From the NCBI RefSeq assembly GCF_030028105.1, contig NC_092391.1, positions 12,249,223 to 12,313,222 of the forward strand: a stretch of 64,000 nt of DNA, written 5' to 3'. Position 1 is the stretch's first letter; each line of letters opens with the position of its first letter. A program made the position numbers and the translations under genes. Of this stretch, positions 1 through 10,706 are shown piece after piece. Under the pieces are notes generated by a model that worked only from the letters and a program-made list of their open reading frames with translations, was not told the DNA's origin and did not search any database. Source of the DNA: Mobula birostris. Lineage: Eukaryota.

Positions 1-650
1 GAGAGTGGATATCGGACTACAGGAAAACAATATTGGAGATGTAGTAATGGGGGACAAGGAAACAGTGGATGAACTTGCATCAGTCATCACTGTGGAAGCC
101 ACTAGCAGTGTGGTAGAAGTTCCAGCTTTCAAGGGGAAGTATGTGAAGTTACCGTAACTAGAGAGAGGTTTTTAGGAAACTGAAAGGTCCAGAAGGTAGG
201 TAAGTCATGTGGATCAGCTGGTGTACACCCCAGAGCTTTGAAAGAGGTGGCTGAAGAGAATATGGAGGCACTAAATATGATCTTTCAAGAATCACTAGAT
301 TCTGGAAAGGTTCTGGAGGACTGGAAAATTGCAAATGTCATTCCACTCTTAAAGAAGGGAGAGAGGCAGAGGAAGGGAAACTATCGGCCAGTTAGTCTGA
401 TCTCAATGGTTGGGAAGATGTTGGAGTCGATTATTAAGGATGAGGTCTCAGGGTATTTGGAGGCACATGATAAAATAGGCCCTAGTCAGCATGATTTCCT
501 CAAGGGAAAATCCTGCCTGAAAAACCTGTGAGAATTCTTTGAAGAAATAACAAACAGGATAGACAAAAGAATCAAGTGACATTTGTGTACTTGGATTTTC
601 AGATGGCATTTAACAAGGTGCTACACATGAGGCTGCTTAACAAGCCACGA
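1..650 (+). mobile_element. CR1 LINE ORF2 fragment (RT N-terminal region), decayed
   Basis: ORF 238..531: EDWKIANVIPLLKKG..NYRPVSLIS..GKSCL; downstream YLDF..AF.KV with stops. Confidence 0.9.
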
Positions 651-1289
651 GTCCCAGAGGGGCTTGTTACTGTGCTGTATCTCTAAATACATAAGTAAAA
701 AATGCTGTGCTGATCCTTTAACCTACACCAAAATCAATCTAACCCTTCCCTCCCACATAGCCCTCCATTTTTCTATCTACATGCCTACCTTAAATATCCC
801 TAATGTATCTGCCTCTACCAGAAGCATGTTCCATGCACCTACCACGCTCCATGTAAAAAAACTTATCTCTGACATCCCCCCCTATACTTTCCTCCAATCA
901 CCTTAAAATTATGCACTCTTGTCATAGACATTTCTACCCTGGGACTATCCACTGGGTCTTTGACTATCCACTCAATCTATGCCTCTTATCAACTTGCACA
1001 GCTCTACCTAGCAAATCACCTCTCAGTCTCCTTCACTCCAACCAGGAATGCCTTAGTTCGCTCAACATATCCTCATAATATATGTTCTCTAATCCAGGCA
1101 GCATCCTGGTAAATCTCCTCTGCACCCTCTCTAAAACATATGTATATTTTTGTATTTAAATGTATATCTTTATGTATAGCTTTTCATAAATTCCATTTTT
1201 TTCCTACAAATGCTTACCACCACCCCAGGCAGTGCATTCCGTGTGCCTCCCAATCTCTGTGCAGAAAAACTATTTCTGCTGTCTGTTGG

Positions 1290-2700
1290 CGCTCCCTACC
1301 ACTGACCGAGGGGTCTGCGCTCCCCACCACTGACCGAGGGGTGCCTACCGCTGACCGAGGGCTCTGCGCTCCCTACCACTGACCGAGGGCTCCGCGCTCC
1401 CTACCACTGACCGAGGGGTCCGCGCTCCCTACCACTGACCGAGGGGGTCCATGCTCCCTACCACTGATCGAGGGGGTCCGGGGTCCCTAAAACTGACCAA
1501 GGGGTCCACGGTCCCTACCACTGACCGAGGGGTCCACGGTCCCTACCACTGACCAAGGGTGTCCGCGCTTCCTACCACTGATCGAGAGGGTCCACACAGC
1601 TGGGCGGCAGTGTTAGCTGTGAGGAGGATGCTAAGAGGATGCAGGGTGACTTGGATAGGTTAGGCGAGTGGGCAAATTCATGGCAGATGCAGTTTAATGT
1701 GGATAAATGTGAAGTTATCCACTTTGGTGGCAAAAACAGGAAAACAGATTATTATCTGAATGGTGGCCGATTAGGAAAAGGGGAGGTGCAACGAGACCTG
1801 GGTGTCATTATACACCAGTCATTGAAAGTGGGCATGCAGGTACAGCAGGCGGTGAAAAAGGCGAATGGTATGCTGGCATTCATAGCAAGAGGATTCGAGT
1901 ACAGGAGCAGGGAGGTACTACTGCAGTTGTACAAGGCCTTGGTGAGACCACACCTGGAGTATTGTGTGCAGTTTTGGTCCCCTAATCTGAGGAAAGACAT
2001 CCTTGCCATAGAGGGAGTACAAAGAAGGCTCACCAGATTGATTCCTGGGATGGCAGGACTTTCATATGATGAAAGACTGTTTGAACTAGGCTTATACTCG
2101 TTGGAATTTAGAAGATTGAGGGGGGATCTGATTGAAACGTATAAAATCCTAAAGGGATTGGACAGGCTAGATGCAGGAAGATTGTTCCTGATGTTGGGGA
2201 AGTCCAGAATGAGGGGTCACAGTTTGAGGATAAAGGGGAAGCCTTTTAGGACCGAGATGAGGAAAAACTTCTTCACACAGAGAGTGGTGAATCTGTGGAA
2301 TTCTCTGCCACAGGAAACAGTTGAGGCCAGTTCATTGGCTATATTTAAGAGAGAGTTAGAGGGCCTTGTGGCTAAAGGGATCAGGGGGTATGGAGGGAAG
2401 GCTGGTACAGGGTTCTGAGTTGGATGATCAGCCATGATCATACTGAATGGCAGTGCAGGCTCGAAGGGCCGAATGGCCTACTCCTGCACCTATTTTCTAT
2501 GTTTCTATGGTCCCTACCACTGATCGAGGGGTCCAGGTCCCTACCACTGACCGAGGGGATCCACGCTCCCTACCACTGACCGAGGGGGTCCGCACTCCCT
2601 ACCACTGACCGAGGGGTCTGCGCTCCCTACCGCTGACCGAGATATCCACAGTCCCTACCACTGACTGAGGGGTCCATGGTCCCCAGGTTGGGAACCCCTG
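1290..2700 (+). repeat. ~28-bp minisatellite (ccctaccactgaccgaggggtccgcgct) in two blocks (~1290-1593 and ~2510-2680) split by a CR1; ends in a hAT-type terminus
   Basis: Tandem units visible on both sides of the LINE; array ends ggttgggaacccctg at 2686-2700. Confidence 0.92.
1594..2509 (+). mobile_element. Young 5'-truncated CR1 LINE (HER1-like)
   Basis: Uninterrupted 259-aa ORF2 C-terminus ([39 protein letters not shown]), 3'UTR and (tttctatg)n tail. Confidence 0.95.
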
Positions 2701-3119
2701 CACTGAGGCTGCACAATGCCTCAACTCCATTAACTTGAGTCATCCACATTTTGCTGAGGTAAAGACGGTTGCGAGCTTCAAGTTCCTGGATGTAAATATC
2801 ACCCACAATATACTCCCTGGCCAAGCCAGGTGGATGCTTTGGCCAAGAAAACACACCAGTGTCTCTACTTCCTTAGAAGGCTAAGGAAATTCAGCACGTT
2901 CTTGGGGACACTCACCAATTTTTACAGGTACACTATAGGAAAACACTCTTGGCAGATACCGACTGTTCTGTCAAAGACTACAAGAAATTACAGAGAGTTA
3001 TGTACGCAGGCCAATATATCACAGTGGCCAGCTCCACCATCTCAGAATCAGAACAATTTGGCCACCTGACACAGACTATTAAAAGAGAACCCATACGAAA
3101 ATAACATTGTCCAACATTA

Positions 3120-3959
3120 TCCCAGATAATAAATACAGATTTATTTAAGCATATTTTTCACAAAGACATTTCCAGAGGCCCACCTCAGGAGGAAATACAT
3201 TAAGAGGAGACAGAAAATGCTTGTCGTGTTTTTCTTCCCGATTTCCATTCACTTTAACAAAAATATTCACTTATCAGATGAACTGAACTTTATTTTAATT
3301 TGTAAAGAAAAAGACATTTTAAATCCCTTAATATTCATTTCATATTAATTAACAGAATTATAATCTACCTTCACAACAGTGCTCAACAGCACTGAAAATA
3401 GATATTTTTGTAGTTATGAATTCAGTAATTTTTGAGGCAACGTTTGAAACACAATACATTTACATCTGTTACTTGGCATAAAACCATAGGAATACAATAT
3501 TTTAAGACAGTTGGTGTTTTTTTTTCCATCACAGAGGTCCAGCAACAGTGTCGACAGTACATATTCATTGAGTACAAAAAAAACACTGCTAAGAGGTCAA
3601 GGGTCAAAGGTCAAAACCAAACATCAGGCCATTTAAACAAAATGTACAAATCTCAGCCCACAAACGTCTTCCATTCAACGAGATAAATACACTGTAATAA
3701 ATAAAATCGCCTGCAAAAATATTCCAAACCTTTTAGTGGAGACGGTTGTTAAGTGCGCGGAGGTTCACATTAAATTAAGAGAAGAGGTTATCGGTCTTGT
3801 GGAAGTCAACAACAGTGGTGGATCTGAGCAGACATGCACTGTACATTTTGGGCGGGGAACAATGGGTTACAGATTCATCGCATGGTCTGGGGCAGGAAGA
3901 AGGGACCTTTTCTCTCTTTTTTTAAAAAAAAACGAGGAAACAAATGTCTCTGTACGTTT
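3120..3959 (-). terminator. GARNL3: GARNL3 3'UTR with candidate poly(A) signals
   Basis: Repeat-free AT-rich sequence after the stop; AATAAA on minus strand at 3289-3294 and 3140-3145; TE sequence resumes below ~3060. Confidence 0.6.
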
Positions 3960-4119
3960 TCACTTCAGGTCCAAAACTTCGTCGTCGAAAGATGCGTTCA
4001 GGTGAAATAAACAGCTGGGCAGGGGGCTCTCGATCTTGGCTGCTGTTGTGTCTGAGTCGGAGCTGGTGGATAAGTGGCGCTGGGCTTCCGATTCTGTATC
4101 CATGACCTCCGCCAGAATC
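3960..4119 (-). CDS. GARNL3: GARNL3 last coding exon, ILAEVMDTESEAQRHLSTSSDSDTTAAKIESPLPSCLFHLNASFDDEVLDLK*
   Basis: ttccag acceptor after a pyrimidine tract; phase 2; TGA at 3960-3962; C-terminus resembles recalled human ...FSDEDIIDLK*. Confidence 0.93.
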
Positions 4120-5829
4120 CTGGAACAGGAAAGCAAAGCAGAAAGGGTTTATTGGTCATACAAGATGTAGATGCAATAACCCTTCTCAGTAGGTCAGACT
4201 GTTTACTGGTTTAGAGTTACAGAAAACTACAGCACTAAAACAAGCCCTTCAGTCCATGCCGAACCATTGCTTATTCTCACATTTTATAATTATTTTATTT
4301 TTGAGATACAGCACAGTAACAGCCCCTTCCAGTCCTATGAGCCTGCGCCACCTATTTACACCAATGTGGCCATGTAACCTAGTAACCTGTATGCCTTTGG
4401 AAGGCGGGAGGAGACTGGAGCATGCGGAGGAAACACGCGTGGTCACGGGGACGACGTACAGACTCTGCAGAGACAGTGCTGGGAATGGAGCCCTTGTTGC
4501 TGGTGCCGTAAAGCGTTACGCTAACCGCAATGCTACCGTGGCAGCGCATGGAATGAGATATGGTGAAAAGCTTTTGTTTGCATGACATCCGGGAAGATCA
4601 TGCCACGTGTAAGTACATCGAGGTAGTGAGAAGATAAAAACAGAATGCAGAATGTAGTGTTCAGCTGCAGAGAAAGTGCCGTGCAGGTAGTCCAATAGGG
4701 CAGAAGACATAGGCCACTCAGCCCATCGAATCTACTCTGCTATTCCATCACGGCTGATTTATTATCCCTCTCAACCCTATTCTTCTGCTTTCACCCCGTA
4801 ACTTTTGATGCCCTGACTAACTAAGAACCTATCAACCTCTGCTTTGAAGTGCTGTAGTATTCTATATTCTACACAGAGTGGTGGGCGCATGCTATGGTCT
4901 GCCATGGGTGGTGGTAGAAACAGATACACTAGAGACATTTAAGAGACTTTTAGGCACATGGATGATAGAAAAATGGAGGGTTATGTAGGAGGGAAGAGTT
5001 TGGTTGATCTTAGAGTAGATTAAAGGGCCTGTACTGTGCTGTAATGTTCTATATTCTATAGTGCAAAGGCCACAATGAGGTAGATTGGGAGATCTTTAGG
5101 ACACGAGAGATCCATTCAAGAGTTTGAAACTGCAGGATAGAAGCTATGCTTGAGTCTAGTACATACTCTCAAACTTTTGTATCTGATTGGTATCTCCCAC
5201 ACACTTGTTCATATCTGCCTTTGATTGATTTGGGTTAGGAACAGGAGATGAATCCCATTATAACCTGGAGACTACCCTCCACTCTCCCATCAACATCCTG
5301 CTCCCTACTCTAGGCAATTGACAGTGGCCAATTAACCTACTGATCTGATCAAACGCTCACTTCTGTGAGACGAAGGAGACAGTGACGGGGAGAAGGTGCA
5401 AACTGCACACAACCCATTCTTGGGGTCAGGATCGAACCTGGCTCACTCGAGTTGTGAGGAAGCACCTCCACCAGATGCACCACACCCACCTCTGTGCACT
5501 CCGGAGTGAAAGTACGGGATGCTGCAGGTGGGGTGGAAGCATCTCCAAATCCATCGTTGCAATGAGACAACGGCCCACCTGAATGGCACGTCAGCCGTCA
5601 TCAAGAAACTAAGTAAAGTTAGGTGGTTTGCTTTTAGAGTCATCGGGTAATAGAGCAGTACAGACCAGAAATAGGCCAAGTTAGTCCACCTCTCCTTACA
5701 CCTCAATAGATCATTGGGGTTCTACTGATGGTTGGATTGCATGATAAGTCCTCAGATTCGATTGGCCTTGGTCAAGTTTTAATTTGAAATCTGAGAAGCC
5801 ACTAAATCCCTGTGGTGAAAACCCGCACA

Positions 5830-6210
5830 GGAGTCTTAGCAACACAAGGTCAGGCAGCATCTATTGGAAAAAAGTACAGTGGACATTTCGGGCCCAGACC
5901 CTTCGGCAGGACTGGAGGAAAAAAGCTGAGGAGTAGATATGAAATGTGGGGGAAGGGGAGAGAGGAATGCCAGGCGATAGGTGAAGCTTGGAAGTGGAGG
6001 GAGGGATGAGGCAAAGAGCTAGAAAGTTGATTGGTAAAAGAGAAAGAAGGCCATGGAAGAAAGAAGAAAAAGGGTGGGGTTGGGGTGAGGAGCACCAGAG
6101 AGAGGTAAGGAGATAGCATGAGAGAGGGACAAGGGGATGGGAGATGGTGGTGGCATTACTGGAAGCTTGAGAAATTGATATTCATGACACCAGGTTGAAG
6201 GCTACCCAAA
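5830..6210 (-). mobile_element. Penelope-like element 3'/pLTR fragment
   Basis: Similar to 39950-40350 (ggcagcatcta..., purine-rich tract, gaaattgat..ttcatg..caggttg.aggctaccca). Confidence 0.75.
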
Positions 6211-6225
6211 CCTCTTGTTCTTTAC

Positions 6226-6346
6226 CTGTCACTGCTCGTCGATCTCACGGCACCTTTCCTGGGCTGTTCGTCTGTTCCTTTCCGAGACCACTTTTTGTGT
6301 TTTGGAGCACCATCAGATTTGGTCGTAGTTGAGTCCGTCGTCAGGC
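6226..6346 (-). CDS. GARNL3: GARNL3 penultimate coding exon, GLTTDSTTTKSDGAPKHKKWSRKGTDEQPRKGAVRSTSSD(R)
   Basis: 121 nt; ctgtag / gtaaag; phase 1->2; ends like recalled human GAVRSSSSDR. Confidence 0.92.
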
Positions 6347-7181
6347 CTACAGTGTGAAGGAGGTACAATGTTCAGCTGTGAAGAGGAGCTGCCAGCTCAG
6401 AGGCAAACACACACCGTGACCAACCCCTTGAAAATGATAACATAAGGAAAATTCATCCCATCCACCCTCTTAGACCCTGGAATATTGAAGAGTACTGCAG
6501 AGAAATGGGAATCATGGAACAACAAACATCTTTCAAATCGGTTATTGCTAGTAAAATATTTATTCTTTGATTCGGCAAAATAAAACCAAGTTGCTGAAGG
6601 AACTTAGTGGGTCAGGGACAGTCATGGAGGGAGATGGACATTCAACATTTACTTGGACTGAAAGAGCGGTGGCGAGATGGTCAGTTTAAAGTGGTGAAGG
6701 GGAGGGATGGAGCAAAAGCTGTCAGGTGATAGGTGGATCCATGTGACGAGAGGTTGATTGGCATATGAAGTCATTTGCTCATTGGTGCCATTTTCTCATT
6801 GCCTCATTTGGAATGGGAAAGGAGGCAACCCTGACCGAGTGTAACTGTGTGGCAAATGAAATATGTTCTTTAGAGCTATGACACTGGCTGTCTTGTGCAA
6901 CTGAGCATGAGACTGGGAGAGGAGTGGGAAGGGATAGAAGGGAAAAGAAAAAGAAAGAGGAAATAGAGAGGGGGGCAGTATCAGCAAGGGATGGAGGGAG
7001 CCAGAAGAAACACATTCAAAGATGTAATAACTCCAACTTCAGTGGACTGCACTTGTTAAGAAATCTTGAATAATGTTTAATCCACATCTCCCACCGAGGT
7101 TTTGCCTGAAGGTTTCAGATGCACACTTTGTAAGTGCCTGTCAGCTGATGGCTCTCTTATGCCATGTTTCACATCCACAGA

Positions 7182-7516
7182 GTGAGCTGCAGATACCCCA
7201 CTCTGTCCAGACCCTGGGAAGGGTGGAAATGTGAGCTGCAGATACTCCACTCTGTCCAGACCCTGGGAAGGGTGGAAATGTGAGCTGCAGATACCCCACT
7301 CTGTCCAGACCCTGGGAAGGGTGGAAATGTGAGCTGCAGATACCCCACTCTGTCCAAACCCTGGGAAGGGTGGAAATGTGAGCTGCAGATACCCCATTCT
7401 GTCCAGACCCTGGGAAGGGTGGAAATGTGAGCTGCAGATATCCCACTCTGTCCAAACCCCGGAAAGGGTGGAAATATGAGCTGCAGATATCCCACTCTGT
7501 CCAAACCATGGGAAGG
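7182..7516. repeat. 49-bp tandem repeat, ~6.8 copies
   Basis: Unit gtgagctgcagataccccactctgtccagaccctgggaagggtggaaat, period 49 (7182, 7231, 7280...). Confidence 0.95.
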
Positions 7517-8394
7517 CACCGCGTCTGTGAAAAACTCAGAGACCTGCTTTGTGTCAGGCATTTTAGTGACTAGCTGGCCTCAGGAAGGAAAGAGGGGATT
7601 GTCACCTTCCTGTACTTTAAATATAGGGGGAATAGAGCAGGAGTTAAAAAATAAATAAATAACTATATACATGTATATTTTATATGTTATTTCCTGCCTA
7701 TGCAAACTCAGATGGGCTTTTGAAAGGGAAAGAATAAACACTCCTTGAATTTTAACCATTTTCAGATTTCCAAAGATCATAGAACATGGAATATTACAAT
7801 ACAGTAAAGGCCCTTCAGCCCACAATGCAATGCCAACCCTTTAAGCTACTCTTAAGATCAATTAGACACTTCTCCCCCACCCACATAACCCTCTGTTTTG
7901 TATCATTGTGCCTATCTAAGAGTTTCCTAAATGTCCCTAATGTATCTGCCTCTACCACCACCCCTGCCAGGGCATTCCATACACCCATCACTCCCTGTGT
8001 AAAAAACTTACCTCTGGCACTCCCCCCCCCCCCACATACTTTCCAACAATCACCTCAAAAGTAAGCCTCCTTGAATTCCCCATAACCGCACTGGAAAAAA
8101 AAATCTTTGGCTATCCACTTGATCTTATTATTTTGTACATCTCTATCAAGACTCCTCTCATCCTCCCTCATTTCAGAGAGAAAAACTCTAGGTCATACAA
8201 GCTCTCCTCGTTTAAGTCAAGCTCTTCTAAGCCTGGTAGCATCCCGGTAAACCTCCTCTGGATCCTCTCTAAAGATTCCACATTGTATCTTGTAGACCAA
8301 TACAGTGTCAAAACGTTGATTTGTTCATCTTTGCTATCAAGAAGGCCAGTTTCAGCTTGCCAATTGGAACAAAGGTGAAGTGAGCATCTCTTAC

Positions 8395-8604
8395 CCAGCA
8401 ATTCTTTGCGTGTTCTGCATGCAATCTCTTTGATCTCCATGCGGGACAGTGAGAGTGAATGGGTTACTGGCATCGGCGCGGTAACACTGGACGTGGGTGT
8501 TGTGGCAACCTTTGCAACCAGGGGGGACTTCAGAGGCCGTTCGATGCTCCTTCCAACGAGGTTGCTGAGGGGAATCTTGTAAATGTGTTTCCACTGAATC
8601 TCCC
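8395..8604 (-). CDS. GARNL3: GARNL3 coding exon, GEIQWKHIYKIPLSNLVGRSIERPLKSPLVAKVATTPTSSVTAPMPVTHSLSLSRMEIKEIACRTRKELL
   Basis: 210 nt; ttgaag / gtaaga; phase 1->1; conserved KIPL.NLVGRSIERPLKSPL and THSLSLSRMEIKEIA motifs. Confidence 0.96.
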
Positions 8605-8659
8605 CTTCAAATATAACACAACAGCACGGTCACAAGTTAGCCACAGCAACACACACAAA

Positions 8660-8972
8660 AGTAGCACACGGACTGCTAGGACGGGAAACAGCTTCGTCCC
8701 CCGGGCTGTGAGACTACTGAACTCCCGGCCACCACCCAGGTCTCATCATTTATGAAGCACCAATAGCATTATACTGTTCACTTTTTAACTTCTTTTGTAA
8801 ATGCACCCTATGCTAAATATCAATCTTCTGGAATGTATTTAATTATTTGTTAATTTATTTGTGGTAATATTCTGTTACGTGTTGTGTGTGTGAGTTATAT
8901 GTACTGTGTTGTGCACTTTGGTGTGCAGGAATGTTATTTCATTTGGCAATACACATGAAAATAAACTTGATA
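8660..8972 (+). mobile_element. Rex1/Babar-type LINE 3' end
   Basis: TARTGNSFVPRAVRLLN C-terminus, TG-rich 3'UTR and aataaacttga tail. Confidence 0.7.
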
Positions 8973-9702
8973 TTGAAAATGCTGGAGGTATTGAATATAT
9001 AATTTATATATAATATATAATATATAATATAATATTTGTATTCTGTAAGATTGGGAGGTTTAATATCTATGTACTAACTGGGTTTATATTTATATATCAT
9101 AATTACAACAATGTAATCCCAATAACTTTGTATGATTACCATGTTATGTTAATCTTTATCATTACGATACTAATAAAAAGATTGAAAAAGAAAAAAAGAA
9201 AATGCTGGAGGAACTCAGCAGGTCAGACGGCTTCAGTGGAGGGGAATAAATAGCCAACGCTTTGGCTCCTTGGTCTTCATTAACTTCGCGTGTCGAACAA
9301 ATCTCCGCCCAGGTCAGGGTTGACACAATGTACAAGTGATGAATGAAAGCCTTCCTGGCCAAAGAGAGCTAACCTGGATCAGACAACGGACCACATCAAC
9401 ACAGCCTGCCATCAGTGGAGATATCCCTGAGATGAACTGCATTTCTGAAAATTGCTTTACAAGATGGCAACTCAATTTATAAACAGCATTGGGTCATAGA
9501 AAGTAACAGTACAGAAACAGGCCATTCAGCCCACAGAGTCCCTGCTGGTAATTAAGCACTCAGTGATCTTACAGCACCTGGGATCACTTATGGGGTTCAA
9601 TTCCCACTGCTGTCTGTGAGGAATTCTCCGTGTTAAATATATGGATTACGACAAAAGGAAAAATGGCTAGAGTCGCTTAGCACTTTAGTGCAAGGGTGCT
9701 TA

Positions 9703-10706
9703 GAGATATAGAAAACCTACAGCACAATACAGGCCCTTTGGCCCGCAAAGCTGTGCCGAACATGTCCCTACCTTAGAAATTACTAGGCTTACCCATAGCC
9801 CTCTATTTTTCTAAGCTCCATATACCTGTCCAAAAGTCTCTTAAAAGACCCTATCGTATCCACCTCCACCACTGTTACCGGCAGCCCATTCCACACACTC
9901 ACCACTCTCTGCATAAAAAACTTACACCTGACATCTCCTCTGTACCTACTCCCAAGCACCTTAAACCTGTGCCCTCTTGTGGCAGCCATTTCGGCCCTGG
10001 GAAGAAGTCTCTGACTATCCACACGATCAATGCCTCTCATCATATACATCTCTATCAAGTCACCTCTCATCTTCTGTCGCTCCAAGGAGAAAAGGCTGAG
10101 TTCACTCAACCTGTTTTCATAAGGCATGCTCCCTAATCCAGGCAACATCCTTGTAAATCTCCTCTGCACCCTTTCTATGGCTTCCACATCCTTCCTGTAG
10201 TGAGGCGATCAGAACTCAGCACAGTATTCCAAGTGGGGTCTGACCAGGGTCCTATATAGCTGCAACATTACCTCTCAGCTCCTAAATTCATTTCTATGAT
10301 TAATGAAGGCCAATACACCGTATGCCTTCTTAACCACAGAGTCAGCCTGCGCAGCTGCTTTGAGCATCCTATGGACTCAGACCCCAAGATCCCTCTGATC
10401 CTCCACACTGCCAAGAGTCTTACCATTAATACTATATTCTGCCATCATATTTGACATACCAAAATGAACCACTTCAGACTTATCTGGGTTGAACTCCATC
10501 TGCCACTTCTCAGCCCAGTTTTGCATCCTATCAATGTCCCGCTGTAACTTCTGACAGCCCTCCACACTATCCACAACACCTCCAACCTTTGTGTCATCAG
10601 AAAACTTACTAACCCATCCCTCCACTTCCTCATCCAGGTGATTTATAAAAATCACAAAGAGTAAGGGTCCCAGAACAGATCCCTGAGGCACTCCACTGGT
10701 CACTGC
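9703..10706 (-). mobile_element. CR1 LINE 3' fragment
   Basis: ORFs 10377..10733 ([18 protein letters not shown]) and 9789..10187 ([13 protein letters not shown]). Confidence 0.92.

Noticed and set aside
1290-2700. CRISPR-like array next to a reverse transcriptase ORF
   Set aside because: Units are contiguous with no unique spacers, there are no cas genes, and the RT is a truncated CR1 LINE in eukaryotic DNA
5490-5608. Longer 89- or 119-nt exon using the gag/gtgggt donor
   Set aside because: Lengths are not multiples of 3, phases do not fit the flanking exons, and the donor lies at a SINE boundary
7077-7561. Repetitive ORFs or CRISPR-like 49-bp array
   Set aside because: Simple head-to-tail tandem repeat without spacers
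9336-9431. Possible C/D snoRNA (gtgatga ... ctga)
   Set aside because: Antisense to the host gene, no terminal stem, no recognisable guide
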